63,629 nt of DNA, from positions 1 through 63,629 of IMG/VR virus record IMGVR_UViG_3300019781_000017, one strand, 5' to 3'. Position 1 is the stretch's first letter; every line of letters starts with the position of its first letter. The position numbers and the translations under genes are program-made. The notes beneath the pieces were generated by a model. It ran no database searches. It was not told the origin of the DNA and was given only the letters and a program-made list of their open reading frames with translations. This document shows positions 15,755 to 25,746 of the stretch, one piece after another. This DNA is from a virus. Its lineage: Duplodnaviria > Caudoviricetes.

Positions 15755-16188
15755 GCAAGGTTGGCACCTTCTTCCACTGGCTGGGACATCCGTTCCGCGC
15801 CATTGCAAACGCCTTCGCCCTGCTCGTCAATCTTACCAGCAGGCAGGTCAAGGCGCTGTTCTCGCTTGCCATGCTAGGCGGCATGATTTCCCTGTCGTTC
15901 CAGAACGCACTGCTGACATACGTCGCCAAGAGCGCTGTGGAGCAGGGTGACACCTTCCGGGCCTACTTCGACCTTATCCAGGAGCAGATGCGCTTCAACT
16001 CAGGTCTGATTGCATGGTTCGCGGTCATCATGGGATTGATTGTGTTCGGGGCTGATTACTTCCGCGCCAAGGTGGGCGACAAGGAAGTTGGCTTCGGGCG
16101 CGGGCAGGACGTCCCGGACAACCCCCTGCCGACCAAGCCCACCCCGCCTCCGCCCAACCCGGAACCAACGCTTGAGGATGCAGCCTGA
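15751..16188 (+). CDS. putative holin
   Basis: 2-3 TM helices; lies between endolysin and spanins. Confidence 0.6.
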   Translation: MSKVGTFFHWLGHPFRAIANAFALLVNLTSRQVKALFSLAMLGGMISLSFQNALLTYVAKSAVEQGDTFRAYFDLIQEQMRFNSGLIAWFAVIMGLIVFGADYFRAKVGDKEVGFGRGQDVPDNPLPTKPTPPPPNPEPTLEDAA

Positions 16189-16568
16189 TGCCTAGCTTGC
16201 TCGCAGTGAAGACGTTCCTGACCTCGAAGTGGCCTTACCTGGCGGCTGGTGTGGTCATCATCGGTGCCTGTCTGTTGCTCGCATATTGCACGGGTCGCAG
16301 CGACGGCAAGTCCGGTGAGGTTATCAAGGCGCAGGACCGGGAGATCAAGGTGCAGACGAAGGTCGGTGCCGCGAACGAGAATGCAGCCGGCGCACGGGTT
16401 GACGATGCCACCAAGCTGCAGACGCAGCAACAGGAGATTGAAGATGCGGTCCGCAATGCTAAAGGTCCTGACGATGTGCGCGCTCAGCGTGGCTGTGTCA
16501 TCCTGCGCCAGCAGGGTAGAGACACATCTGCAATTCCCGCCTGTCGCGGACCTGAAGGTCGACGCTGA
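16188..16568 (+). CDS. i-spanin (Rz-like)
   Basis: N-terminal TM helix, then coiled coil; overlaps a lipoprotein gene. Confidence 0.7.
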   Translation: MPSLLAVKTFLTSKWPYLAAGVVIIGACLLLAYCTGRSDGKSGEVIKAQDREIKVQTKVGAANENAAGARVDDATKLQTQQQEIEDAVRNAKGPDDVRAQRGCVILRQQGRDTSAIPACRGPEGRR

Positions 16569-16743
16569 GCCGGAGTATCCGGTTGCAGCGCTGGAGCCGG
16601 GTGAAGCTGGGCAGCTAGCCGAAGACGCCTGGCGTGACGAAATTCTCATTTGGGGCCGCAAGGGGTGGATGCAAACCGCCCGCGTCTGCAAGTGGGCCAC
16701 TGAGTTGGGACTGGATGTCCCGGAAGGATATTGCGGTGAGTGA
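16444..16743 (+). CDS. o-spanin (Rz1-like lipoprotein)
   Basis: signal peptide with lipobox VSSC; Pro-rich; overlaps the i-spanin in another frame; CAGGAG RBS. Confidence 0.7.
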   Translation: MRSAMLKVLTMCALSVAVSSCASRVETHLQFPPVADLKVDAEPEYPVAALEPGEAGQLAEDAWRDEILIWGRKGWMQTARVCKWATELGLDVPEGYCGE

Positions 16744-17203
16744 CTTTCTTGATGTGGCGCCTTGGGCTGTTGTCACGGCCATCGTCACATGGATTGGACA
16801 GGCGTTTATCTACCGCAAGGATTGGCGGAAGATGGAGCTTGACCACAAGGCAAACATCGAGACGAGTCGGGACGACCTTGCGATCGAGCTTCTGTCCAGT
16901 GCCCGGGCGGAAGTCGTTAGCGCACGCTCCGAGATGGAATCACTGCGCGACGAGATGAAGGCGCTTCGCTCCATGGAGCAGCACTTCTATCATTTCCAGC
17001 AGGCGATCGACCATCTGTCCGCTGTGCTGTTCGCCAAGGACGAGGACGAGAAAGCCACCGCGGAGCGCAATGCCCGCGCGTTCCTTGCGCGCATGAATCG
17101 CTTGCAGGAGGCGAAGGGCACCATCGCCAATGAGGTCCAGCGAATGGACGCGGGTCTCAGGAACACGGAGAAGAAGATCCGTGACGAAGGAGGTCAAGTT
17201 TAA
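16736..17203 (+). CDS. membrane-anchored coiled-coil protein (lysis-associated?)
   Basis: N-terminal TM helix then heptads; GTG start inferred. Confidence 0.6.
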   Translation: MSDFLDVAPWAVVTAIVTWIGQAFIYRKDWRKMELDHKANIETSRDDLAIELLSSARAEVVSARSEMESLRDEMKALRSMEQHFYHFQQAIDHLSAVLFAKDEDEKATAERNARAFLARMNRLQEAKGTIANEVQRMDAGLRNTEKKIRDEGGQV

Positions 17204-17288
17204 TCGATAGCGGAAACGCTTGCAGCCACCCGTCCGAGTCTGTTACACTGACCCGGAAGTTAGTTCGATTCACGGAGCAACGAGCCAG

Positions 17289-17723
17289 ATGAACGCCGGC
17301 CCCTCTCTTGATCCACAGAAGATGGAACCGCCTGCTCTCACCGAGAAGGAGATTGCTGTTCGTGAACTGTTCGTTGCGGAATACATCAAGGACAACGACC
17401 CCTATCGGGCGTGCATCCGGATGGGCTTCCTTGCAGCGTTCGCGCCCGACCAGGCCAAGATCTTCATGCACGACGGTTATGTCCTGCGGCGCTTGGCTTG
17501 GCTCCAGCAGCAAGCGGTCAGCCCCAGCGAGCAGGATAAGGCTGAGCAGCTTGCCAACCTCCGCTGGTTGACGTTCAACGGCACCCCCTCGTCCCGTGCG
17601 ATTGCTGCGAAGCAATACATGGAGGCCCAGGGCTACGTCAAGAAGAACGAGGATGGTGCTGAAGCCCATGCCGCGGCGCTTGTCGATGCTCTGAAGGAGT
17701 TTAGTCAGAACGCTCCGCAATGA
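17289..17723 (+). CDS. terS: terminase small subunit
   Basis: ELFVAEYIKD..PYRACIRMG; immediately upstream of TerL. Confidence 0.75.
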   Translation: MNAGPSLDPQKMEPPALTEKEIAVRELFVAEYIKDNDPYRACIRMGFLAAFAPDQAKIFMHDGYVLRRLAWLQQQAVSPSEQDKAEQLANLRWLTFNGTPSSRAIAAKQYMEAQGYVKKNEDGAEAHAAALVDALKEFSQNAPQ

Positions 17724-19054
17724 GTAAGCTCATCCTACAGCGCCAGAAGGAGCGCTGGTATAAGCTAATCGATCACCCCGTTCAATTGTCCCTGATGGGC
17801 GCAGTTGGACGGGGCATTCGTTTCCCCATTGTGCCAGCAGGGCGACGGTCAGGCAAGACCGAGCGCGCGAAGCGCTTCCTCGCCAAGCAGGCGATGGAGA
17901 ACCCGAACGAGAAATACTTCGCGGCAGCTCCGACCTATAACCAGGCGAAGAAGATCTGGTGGGACGACTTGAAGATGCTCACGCTCAGCGTGCTGCACAT
18001 CAAGAAGCCGTCTGAGTCCGCGCTAATCATTTATCTACCGAACGGGACAGAGATCCATGTGCTCGGGCTGGACCAGCCACAGCGCATTGAAGGCATCAAC
18101 TGGACCGGCGGTGTCATTGACGAAATCGCAGACATCAAGAGTGAGGCGCTTGAGGCAAACATCATGCCCGCCCTCAACACAATGAATCCGACCCGCCCGG
18201 ATTACCGAGCATGGTGCTGGTTCATCGGGGTTCCCGATGGGCTCAACCATTACTATGACATGGCTGAGTATGCTCGGACCAGCGGGGATCCAGACTACGC
18301 CTACTTCCACTGGAAGTCAAGCGAGATCCTACCTGCTGACATTATCGCATCCGCGAAGCGCACCATGTCGCGCAAGCAATACCTCCAGGAGTATGAGGCC
18401 AGCTTCGAGACTGCCAGCGGTCGTATCTATGAGGACTACGATGGGCGCATCGGCGGGCGGAACCATACGCAACACTTCATGGAACCACATGAAGAACTGT
18501 TCTGGATGCACGATCAGAACTACACCCCGCTGAGCAGCGCCATCGCTGTGGTCAGGAAGGGGATTCCATACATCGTTGACGAGATCGTCCTGGAGAGCGC
18601 GGTGTCGCGCCAGTCGGCTGACGAGTTCGTTGACCGATACAAGGGCCACCAGAATAAGCTAGTCAACATCTATGGCGATCCCGCCGGTCGAGCAGGTGAG
18701 AAGCATGGGCATAAATCGGACTACACCGAGATCGAGGAAGTGCTGCGCATCAACGGATGGAAGTATCGCCGCCGCGTTCGCCCGTCGCATCCTTCGATCC
18801 GCGATCGACAGAACGCGGTTCGTGCCAAGATCCTCAACGCGGCTGGGGAGACGACGCTCTACGTAAATCCGAACACTGCACCATGGACGCACAAGGGTCT
18901 AGCAACGGTGCAGCTCCAGGAGGGGTCAACCTTCCAGGAAGACCAGAAGAATAAGTATCAGCACATCACAACGGCAGTGGGCTACTTTGTTGATGTGCAT
19001 TGGCCCGTAGGCGAATCGCTGGCGAAAGCTGGCACGACTTCGGGCCACTTTTGA
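17720..19054 (+). CDS. terL: terminase large subunit
   Basis: AGRRSGKT Walker A, VIDE Walker B, QEYEASF, RNase-H-like C-terminus. Confidence 0.92.
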   Translation: MSKLILQRQKERWYKLIDHPVQLSLMGAVGRGIRFPIVPAGRRSGKTERAKRFLAKQAMENPNEKYFAAAPTYNQAKKIWWDDLKMLTLSVLHIKKPSESALIIYLPNGTEIHVLGLDQPQRIEGINWTGGVIDEIADIKSEALEANIMPALNTMNPTRPDYRAWCWFIGVPDGLNHYYDMAEYARTSGDPDYAYFHWKSSEILPADIIASAKRTMSRKQYLQEYEASFETASGRIYEDYDGRIGGRNHTQHFMEPHEELFWMHDQNYTPLSSAIAVVRKGIPYIVDEIVLESAVSRQSADEFVDRYKGHQNKLVNIYGDPAGRAGEKHGHKSDYTEIEEVLRINGWKYRRRVRPSHPSIRDRQNAVRAKILNAAGETTLYVNPNTAPWTHKGLATVQLQEGSTFQEDQKNKYQHITTAVGYFVDVHWPVGESLAKAGTTSGHF

Positions 19055-19117
19055 TAACGCTTGCGCCCTAGCGGGTGCAGTGTTAAGCAATGCGCGAACA
19101 GGCCCTAGGGGATTCAC

Positions 19118-20800
19118 ATGGCAATCAATTCAGTCCATCCGCAATACGCGGCAAACAAGCCAGATTGGATTCAGCTCCGGGACGCTGCGAAGGGCGAGCG
19201 GGCTGTCAAAGCGAAGGGCCAGCTTTACCTTCCTCCAACGAGCGGCATGATCCTGGACGGGTTGAACGGCCCGAATAACGGGCTGACGTATAACCCCGCT
19301 GGCGGCAACGGTGCGGGCACAGGCGGAGCACCGACGCAGGCAGCGTTCGGCGGTAAGAACATGGGCCAAGTGGCCTATGAGGCTTACAAGCTGCGGGCGG
19401 TGTTCCCGGAGTATGTGTCGGACGCCCTTGAATACTTCATGGGGTCGCTGCACAACAAATCCCCGGTCATTGAGCTCCCCGAAGAGATGGAAGACCTCCG
19501 GAACAACGCCACTCCCCTTGGCGAGCCTCTGGAGATTCTGTTGCAGCGGATCAACCTGGAGCAGCTGACCACAGGGCGGGTCGGCATCCTCCTGGACCTG
19601 CCCAAGAAGCCTGATCCGGCACGCCCGCTTCCGTTCATTGCGCTATACGTGGCGGAAGCGATCATCAATTGGGACGACCAGACCGCTGACGGCGACGACG
19701 AGGACGCAACCGAAGAAGGTGGGCTGCGCGAAGTGCTCAACCTTGTCGTTCTTGACGAGTCCGGTATCAAGCGCAACACCGACTTCGAATGGGAGACGGT
19801 TGAGCGCTACCGCGTGCTCCAGCTTGGGGAGATTGGTCCCAACGAGACGGAAGGCGTCTATAAGCAAGGCCTCTTCCAGGAGAACGTGGGCACGGGTCTC
19901 ACCTATGACGAGACCACAATGGTTCCTCCGATGATCCGTGGCAAGTCGCTGCCGCGCATCCCCTTCAAGTTTATCAACACGAAGGACATCTCGCCCGAGC
20001 CTGACCAGTCCCCGCTGATGAGCTTGTGCCGGCAGTGCTTTACCATCTACAGGGGCGAAGCGGACTACCGCCAGAATCTGTTCATGCAAGGCCAGGATAC
20101 CCTTGTGGTCATCGGTGCGCGCCAGCGCAACAGCTTGCCGGGTGACCCGCTGGTGGAGGAACCCCTCCGCACGGGTGCAGGAGCGCGCATTGACCTGGAG
20201 CTCACCGGGGATGCCAAGTATGTAGGGGTGAACAGCCAGGGGCTTGCGGAGCAGCGCACCGCGCTCAGCAACGATCGCAAGCGCTGCGAGTCGCGCAGCG
20301 GCCAGCTTATCGACGCGTCGCAGGGTGACAAGGAATCTGGCGCAGCGCTTAAGACCCGCGTGGGCGCGCAGACCGCCACCCTGAACCAGATCGCCAAGAC
20401 CGCTGCACTGGCGCTGGAGATGCTGCTGAAGGAATGCGCCGAGTGGATGGGCGCTGACCCTGCGAAGGTCAAGGTGACACCGAACCTCGAGTTTGCGGAC
20501 TACCAGATGGCGGGCCAGGATCTGGGCAACCTGATGACCGCCAAGCGCAACGGTGCGCCGCTGTCCATGAAGTCCATCCACCGCTTGGCGGTGCAGGGCA
20601 ACCTGACGAACATGGATTACCAGACGGAGCAGGATGAGATCAAGGCCGAGCCCCCGCTGGCAGTCGACCCGAACATCCAAGCCAAACTCGACGCGGAAGC
20701 TGCCGCTGCGAAGGCTGGTGGCGGTGCAGGGCCAGGCACGGGTGATCCGCTTCCCAAGGATCCCTCCAACCCCGCTCCGCAAACTGGACCGGAAAACTAA
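19118..20800 (+). CDS. portal protein (DUF4055-like)
   Basis: position after TerL; HPQY...YLP...YKLRAVF. Confidence 0.85.
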   Translation: MAINSVHPQYAANKPDWIQLRDAAKGERAVKAKGQLYLPPTSGMILDGLNGPNNGLTYNPAGGNGAGTGGAPTQAAFGGKNMGQVAYEAYKLRAVFPEYVSDALEYFMGSLHNKSPVIELPEEMEDLRNNATPLGEPLEILLQRINLEQLTTGRVGILLDLPKKPDPARPLPFIALYVAEAIINWDDQTADGDDEDATEEGGLREVLNLVVLDESGIKRNTDFEWETVERYRVLQLGEIGPNETEGVYKQGLFQENVGTGLTYDETTMVPPMIRGKSLPRIPFKFINTKDISPEPDQSPLMSLCRQCFTIYRGEADYRQNLFMQGQDTLVVIGARQRNSLPGDPLVEEPLRTGAGARIDLELTGDAKYVGVNSQGLAEQRTALSNDRKRCESRSGQLIDASQGDKESGAALKTRVGAQTATLNQIAKTAALALEMLLKECAEWMGADPAKVKVTPNLEFADYQMAGQDLGNLMTAKRNGAPLSMKSIHRLAVQGNLTNMDYQTEQDEIKAEPPLAVDPNIQAKLDAEAAAAKAGGGAGPGTGDPLPKDPSNPAPQTGPEN

Positions 20801-20837
20801 TCACCAACGCCTACGGGCACAATAGAAGGAAGAGAAT

Positions 20838-21656
20838 ATGGCGTTCAAGATGGAACTCGACTCCCTCGACGGCCTCCCGGAGGAGGTTGCCAAGGAATAC
20901 GTCGAGAAGGATGGCAAGTTCGTTATCCAGGTCGAGGGCATGAAAACGCAGGAGGACGTCAACCGCGTCCAGAACGCGCTGACTGCTGAGCGCACTGCGC
21001 ACGCCGAACTCAAGACCAAGGTCAAGACAACCTTCGGTGAAGAGAAGTTCGAGGACGTCCGCGCCAAGCTCGACAAGATTCCCGAGCTGGAAGCGATCGC
21101 GGAAGGCAAGCTGGACGAGACCAAGATCACCACGATCGTCGAGTCGCGTCTGAAGGCGAAGACTGCGCCGCTCGAGCGTGAGCTCACCAACGTCAAGAAC
21201 GAAAACACCGCGCTGAAGGCAACGGTGAGCACGTTCGAGTCGAAGGAGAAGGGTCGCACCATTGCGGACCAGATCCGTGCCGAAGCGTCCAAGGCCAAGA
21301 TGCTGGACGGCGCAATCGATGACGCGGTGTTCCTGGCGGGTTCCGTGATGGAGCTGCAAGACGACGGCGTTGCTGTGGTCAAGGCAGCTACCGGCTACAC
21401 CGAGGGTCTCAGCGCGAAGGACTTTATCGCTCAGCTCCAGGAGAAGAAGCCTCACTGGTGGGGTCCGACCGTCGGTGGCGGTGCAGGTGGCAACCGTGGC
21501 GGTGGCCCGAGCGTTACGAACAACCCGTTCTCGCACGAGAACTGGAACATGACGGAGCAGGGCAAGCTCCTCAACAGCGACCGGACGCGCGCTGAAGCGC
21601 TCGCCAAGGCGGCAGGGACTTCGATTGGGGGCAAGCGGCCTGCGCCGAAAAAATAA
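20838..21656 (+). CDS. capsid scaffolding protein
   Basis: coiled coil; Gly-rich linker; NPF...WNMTEQGKL C-terminus; precedes the capsid gene. Confidence 0.8.
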   Translation: MAFKMELDSLDGLPEEVAKEYVEKDGKFVIQVEGMKTQEDVNRVQNALTAERTAHAELKTKVKTTFGEEKFEDVRAKLDKIPELEAIAEGKLDETKITTIVESRLKAKTAPLERELTNVKNENTALKATVSTFESKEKGRTIADQIRAEASKAKMLDGAIDDAVFLAGSVMELQDDGVAVVKAATGYTEGLSAKDFIAQLQEKKPHWWGPTVGGGAGGNRGGGPSVTNNPFSHENWNMTEQGKLLNSDRTRAEALAKAAGTSIGGKRPAPKK

Positions 21657-21779
21657 TCGTTGACTCGGGTAGCTGGTCCATGTTAGCTCTGCACTCAAGC
21701 GGGGCAATGTGCCAGCTATCCGATCCGGGTCCATGGGACGGGATCAACCTCCAACCTCCAAAGCAAGGAAGCCTGTCCC

Positions 21780-22844
21780 ATGGCAAGCGGTGTTACCCGG
21801 ATTTCGGACGTCGTCGTTCCGGAAGTGTTCACTCCCTACTCGCAGTTGATGACGCAGGAAAAGTCCCGCCTCATCCAGTCGGGTGCAATTGTTGTCGACG
21901 CCGAGCTGAGCAACCTGCTCAACGGTGGCGGCCTCACCTTCAACCAGCCGTTCTTCAAGGACCTGGACAACGACGAAGAGAACGTCAGCAATGACGATCC
22001 GACCGACGAGTCCACCCCGAACAAGATCGGCACCGGCAGCGAAGTCCAGATCCGCCTGTCGCGTAACAACTCCTGGAGCTCCATGGACCTGACCGCCGCG
22101 CTGGCGGGTGCAGATCCGATGGCAGCTATCGCGTCGCGCGTGGCGGACTATTGGGTCCGTCGACTCCAGCTTGTGTTCGTCTCCACGATGAACGGTGTGC
22201 TGGCTGACAACGCTGCGGCTCCGTCGGGTGGCGATACCCACACGCAGAACGACATGATCCACGACATCTCCGGCGGCGCGTTTGTCGACGGTGTCACCAA
22301 CTTCAGCGCGGAAGCGTTCGTTGATGGTGCGGTGACGATGGGCGACGGCATGGATGACCTCACGATGGTCATGATGCACTCGCTGGTCTATGCGCGTGCG
22401 CTGAAGAACAACCTGATCGACTTCATGCCCGACTCGGACAACTTTGCAGCGGTGCCCAACACCACTGGTCCGCGCAAGGGCATTCCGACCTTCCTCGGAC
22501 GCGAAGTGATCGTGGACGACGGTATGCCTGCGGCCGGCGGTGTGTTCGACACCTGGCTGTTCGGCGCCGGTGCGTTCCAGTTTGGCGCGGGTTCCCCCGC
22601 TGTCCCGACCGAGACGGACCGCAAGCCCGAAACCGGCAACGGCGGTGGACAGGACATCCTGTATAACCGCGTCGAGTGGACGCTGCACCCCGTGGGCTAC
22701 GCCTACGTCGGCGGCACCACTGCCAAGGGCGGACCGTCCAACGCAGCCACCTCGGGCAACCTGGGCAACGCAGCCAGCTGGCGGCGCGTGTTCAACGAGC
22801 GGAAGCAGATCCGCGCCGCTCGTCTCGTCACCCGCGAATACTAA
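21780..22844 (+). CDS. major capsid protein
   Basis: TRISDVVVPEVF...GREVIVDD...HPVGY; 354 aa; followed by a terminator. Confidence 0.88.
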   Translation: MASGVTRISDVVVPEVFTPYSQLMTQEKSRLIQSGAIVVDAELSNLLNGGGLTFNQPFFKDLDNDEENVSNDDPTDESTPNKIGTGSEVQIRLSRNNSWSSMDLTAALAGADPMAAIASRVADYWVRRLQLVFVSTMNGVLADNAAAPSGGDTHTQNDMIHDISGGAFVDGVTNFSAEAFVDGAVTMGDGMDDLTMVMMHSLVYARALKNNLIDFMPDSDNFAAVPNTTGPRKGIPTFLGREVIVDDGMPAAGGVFDTWLFGAGAFQFGAGSPAVPTETDRKPETGNGGGQDILYNRVEWTLHPVGYAYVGGTTAKGGPSNAATSGNLGNAASWRRVFNERKQIRAARLVTREY

Positions 22845-22851
22845 GTCGAAC

Positions 22852-22880
22852 GGGGCGCCTTCGGGCGTCCCCTTCCTCTT
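22852..22880 (+). terminator. rho-independent terminator
   Basis: ggggcgcc-ttcg-ggcgtccc plus pyrimidine tract. Confidence 0.7.
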
Positions 22881-22903
22881 AGACGCCAACTGGAGACATT
22901 CCA

Positions 22904-23398
22904 ATGAAGGGACTTCCTCGTTCGCTTGCGCACGCCAACATCGGCGTCAGCAAGAACATCCCGGTTCGCAACCTTGCGATTCGGACCACGGGCGCTTCGG
23001 GCGTCGGGTTCGGCACCGCTGTGATCCGCGATCTGCCGGAGGGCAACCTGTTGCTCCTCGGCGCTGTTGCTTACCTCCAGTTCACCAAGCTGGACGCCGG
23101 CACCATTGCCACCTTCGATGGTGACTACGCTCTCGGGTCCGCCCCGACTGCGGATGCCACCCTCAACGGTGCTGAAGTCGATATCGTTCCGAGCACCGCC
23201 CTTGGCGCTGCAACGGCCGGTGTCAGCCCGTTCGCTCGCGGGGCAAACGCCACGCAGGTGATCCTCGACAACACCGATGGCTCCTTGGAGCTGAACCTCA
23301 ACCTGCTGATCGACGATGCGTCGGTTAGCGCGGACGACCAAGACTTCACCGTTAACGGTGTGGTCACGCTCGCGCTGATCGTGCTCGGCGACGATTAA
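22904..23398 (+). CDS. virion structural protein (head decoration?)
   Basis: beta-rich; follows the capsid gene. Confidence 0.65.
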   Translation: MKGLPRSLAHANIGVSKNIPVRNLAIRTTGASGVGFGTAVIRDLPEGNLLLLGAVAYLQFTKLDAGTIATFDGDYALGSAPTADATLNGAEVDIVPSTALGAATAGVSPFARGANATQVILDNTDGSLELNLNLLIDDASVSADDQDFTVNGVVTLALIVLGDD

Positions 23399-23408
23399 GG
23401 AGCGCACC

Positions 23409-24206
23409 ATGTCCGACAAGATCAAGGAAGCGCTCCAGAAGCTGGACCCCGCAAACGAGAACCACTGGACCGCTGATGGTTCCGCGCGCCTCGAGACCGT
23501 CAAGTTCAACATGGGTGGCACCGCTGTCTCCCGTGAAGAGCTGGATGCGGCGTTCCCCGGCTTCAACAAGGACAGCGCTGCCGCTTACGAATGGCCCGCT
23601 GCACAGCCGGCCACAGGGGCCCCAGCAGCCCCGGCACCGCCTGCCCCCGAGCAGGGTAGCGAGCAGGGTGCGGCCACGCCCCCAGCCGCCCCGCTGCCCG
23701 AGCAGGGCGGTGAGTCCCCCTCTGCAACCGGGGAAGGTGCAGCCCCGGCCGAACAGGCACCCGAGTCGCCCAACGGACCCGCTGGAGGGGATGACGAAGA
23801 GGAAGCCGAACAGCCCGAAGTGGACTTCGGAGACGATGATGACGCCGATGAAGTCACGGCGCTGGAAACGTCGTTTCAGGAGATCCAGGAGCACCTCACC
23901 GGTCTCCGCGGGCAGGTGGACGATCTGAACCGTGAAATCGATGCGGTCTCCGCAATCGAGCAGCGCGTTCACAACGCCATCCAGAAGGCGAAGCGCAATC
24001 GGGGTGACCACAAGCCCGCCAACGCGATCCAGGAATATCTGGCTTCGCAGAAGCGCATCTCGGCAGCGAAGGGTGAGGTCCGCAAGGGCCTGCGCGAAAG
24101 CGGCGTCAACCTGAAGGAGCTTCTGAAGATGGCGGGCAAGTCCCCGTTGGATGCTTCCATGGCGCGTCCGACCGCACGTCGCGGTCGCGGCTCGAGCGGG
24201 ATGTAA
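23409..24206 (+). CDS. hypothetical protein with Pro/Ala-acidic linker
   Basis: IKEALQKLDPANENHWTADG N-terminal domain; coiled coil; AAGGAG RBS. Confidence 0.75.
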   Translation: MSDKIKEALQKLDPANENHWTADGSARLETVKFNMGGTAVSREELDAAFPGFNKDSAAAYEWPAAQPATGAPAAPAPPAPEQGSEQGAATPPAAPLPEQGGESPSATGEGAAPAEQAPESPNGPAGGDDEEEAEQPEVDFGDDDDADEVTALETSFQEIQEHLTGLRGQVDDLNREIDAVSAIEQRVHNAIQKAKRNRGDHKPANAIQEYLASQKRISAAKGEVRKGLRESGVNLKELLKMAGKSPLDASMARPTARRGRGSSGM

Positions 24207-24373
24207 TGAATATGGCGCGGTCAACAGCCTTCAAGAAGTCACTGTCGGCCGCGCTGTATTATGCACGGAAGCGTCGCAAGGCGCGGTGGCTGGCGCAGTT
24301 CCCGACCAGCGATCCCGGTGTAGCTGGGATGGAGTGGAACGACAACGGTATCATCAAGACGAGCGAGGGATAA
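24206..24373 (+). CDS. 55-aa hypothetical protein, not in ORF track
   Basis: MNMARST...FPTSDPGVAGMEWNDNGIIKTSEG; TAATG coupling. Confidence 0.6.
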   Translation: MNMARSTAFKKSLSAALYYARKRRKARWLAQFPTSDPGVAGMEWNDNGIIKTSEG

Positions 24374-24376
24374 TCA

Positions 24377-24877
24377 ATGGCGTTCGTTGCTGAGGACGGA
24401 ACCGGACTACCGAACGCCAACAGCTTCGTTGACGTCGCCTTCGCGGACGACTACTTCACCAGCATGGGCAACATCGCTTGGGCGGGTGATAATACCGCCA
24501 AGGAAGGTTGGCTGGTCCAGGCCACCCTTTATATCACAACCGTCTTCGGACGCCGCTTCGGTTGCTACACGAAGCTGGAGGAAGACCAGTCACTTCCCTT
24601 CCCGACCGAGGAAACGGGGATGCCACTTGCCCTCAAGATGGCGACCTGCGAATACGCGGTGCGCGCCAAGGCAGCTCCACTGATGCCAGATCCGGTTGTC
24701 GACGCCAGCGGCTACGCTGTGGTCACAACCCGGAAGAAGGTGGGCCCCATCGAAAAGGAATTCAGCGTTGCTGGCAGCTCGAGCCAGGCGCAGCTCTACC
24801 GGAGCTATCCGCTACCCGATTCCATGATGAGCTCCATCGTCTGCGCTAGCAGCGGTGGCACGCGGGTGATTCGATAA
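24377..24877 (+). CDS. head-tail adaptor (DnaT-like domain family)
   Basis: FVAEDGTGLPNANSFVDV..AD.Y...Q.L.FP. Confidence 0.8.
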   Translation: MAFVAEDGTGLPNANSFVDVAFADDYFTSMGNIAWAGDNTAKEGWLVQATLYITTVFGRRFGCYTKLEEDQSLPFPTEETGMPLALKMATCEYAVRAKAAPLMPDPVVDASGYAVVTTRKKVGPIEKEFSVAGSSSQAQLYRSYPLPDSMMSSIVCASSGGTRVIR

Positions 24878-25281
24878 TGGCTGGCGTGTTCGATGACGAC
24901 ATCGCAACGGCCCAGGAGCTGATTGCAGAGTTCGGCCAGGATTGCTGGTGGCAGAAGCCCGCGCCGGTTGACAGCACTGCGATCCCGGGATACCCGACTG
25001 ACGGTGAGCTGCCAGATGCAGTGCCCTGCAAGATCGCATTCTTCAGCGCGCGGGACCTTAACCGTGGCACCTTTGAATTCCTCCAGCAGATGGGCTTGTC
25101 ATTGGAAGTCCCCGTTAGCGGGGAGATTGGCCTGCTTGCTGGAGGGATCAGCTTCACTCCCGAGATGACGGACACGCTCCGCCGGGGTGCAGTTGACGCG
25201 CCCGAAGTGTCAATTGACAAGCTGGACCGACTAGCCCCGAACGGGACGCCGGTCCTCTACTATGTGGAGGTGACAGCATGA
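24877..25281 (+). CDS. head closure/stopper protein
   Basis: AQELIAEFG...LAPNGTPVLY; synteny. Confidence 0.7.
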   Translation: MAGVFDDDIATAQELIAEFGQDCWWQKPAPVDSTAIPGYPTDGELPDAVPCKIAFFSARDLNRGTFEFLQQMGLSLEVPVSGEIGLLAGGISFTPEMTDTLRRGAVDAPEVSIDKLDRLAPNGTPVLYYVEVTA

Positions 25282-25742
25282 TCACCCCGCAGGACGCCCG
25301 TAAAGAGATGTTCGCCAAGGTCGATGAATGCTGGCAGGCGCACTCCGCTGCGATCGTTGGATACGTCCCTGAGATCCGCTGGCAGGGTATCGAAGAAGCA
25401 AAGGTGCCGGGTGCAGACAAGTTCTGGATGCGCGTTGGCACCACCACAGTGACCACACGTCAAAGCGGGCACAGCCAGCCTGACGGTCCTGAGGGTTCCC
25501 CGGTCGTGTATGACACCTATGGGTTCATCACGCTCCAGATGTTCGCTCCGATGAAGGGGCGGGAAACTTGGAGTAAAGGGGAGTTGCTTTCCGAGCTTGG
25601 ACAGCGTATGTTCATGGCCTCGGAAACGGGTGGCGGGGTATGGTTCCGAAATCCACGCATCCGTGAATTGAACAACGACGGAACATTCTATCGCTGGAAC
25701 GTCATCTCCGACTACCAGTTCAGTCAGGTGAAAGGAACCTAA
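25278..25742 (+). CDS. tail terminator-like protein
   Basis: size and synteny before the tail tube gene; GFITLQMFAP. Confidence 0.7.
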   Translation: MITPQDARKEMFAKVDECWQAHSAAIVGYVPEIRWQGIEEAKVPGADKFWMRVGTTTVTTRQSGHSQPDGPEGSPVVYDTYGFITLQMFAPMKGRETWSKGELLSELGQRMFMASETGGGVWFRNPRIRELNNDGTFYRWNVISDYQFSQVKGT

Positions 25743-25746
25743 GTCC

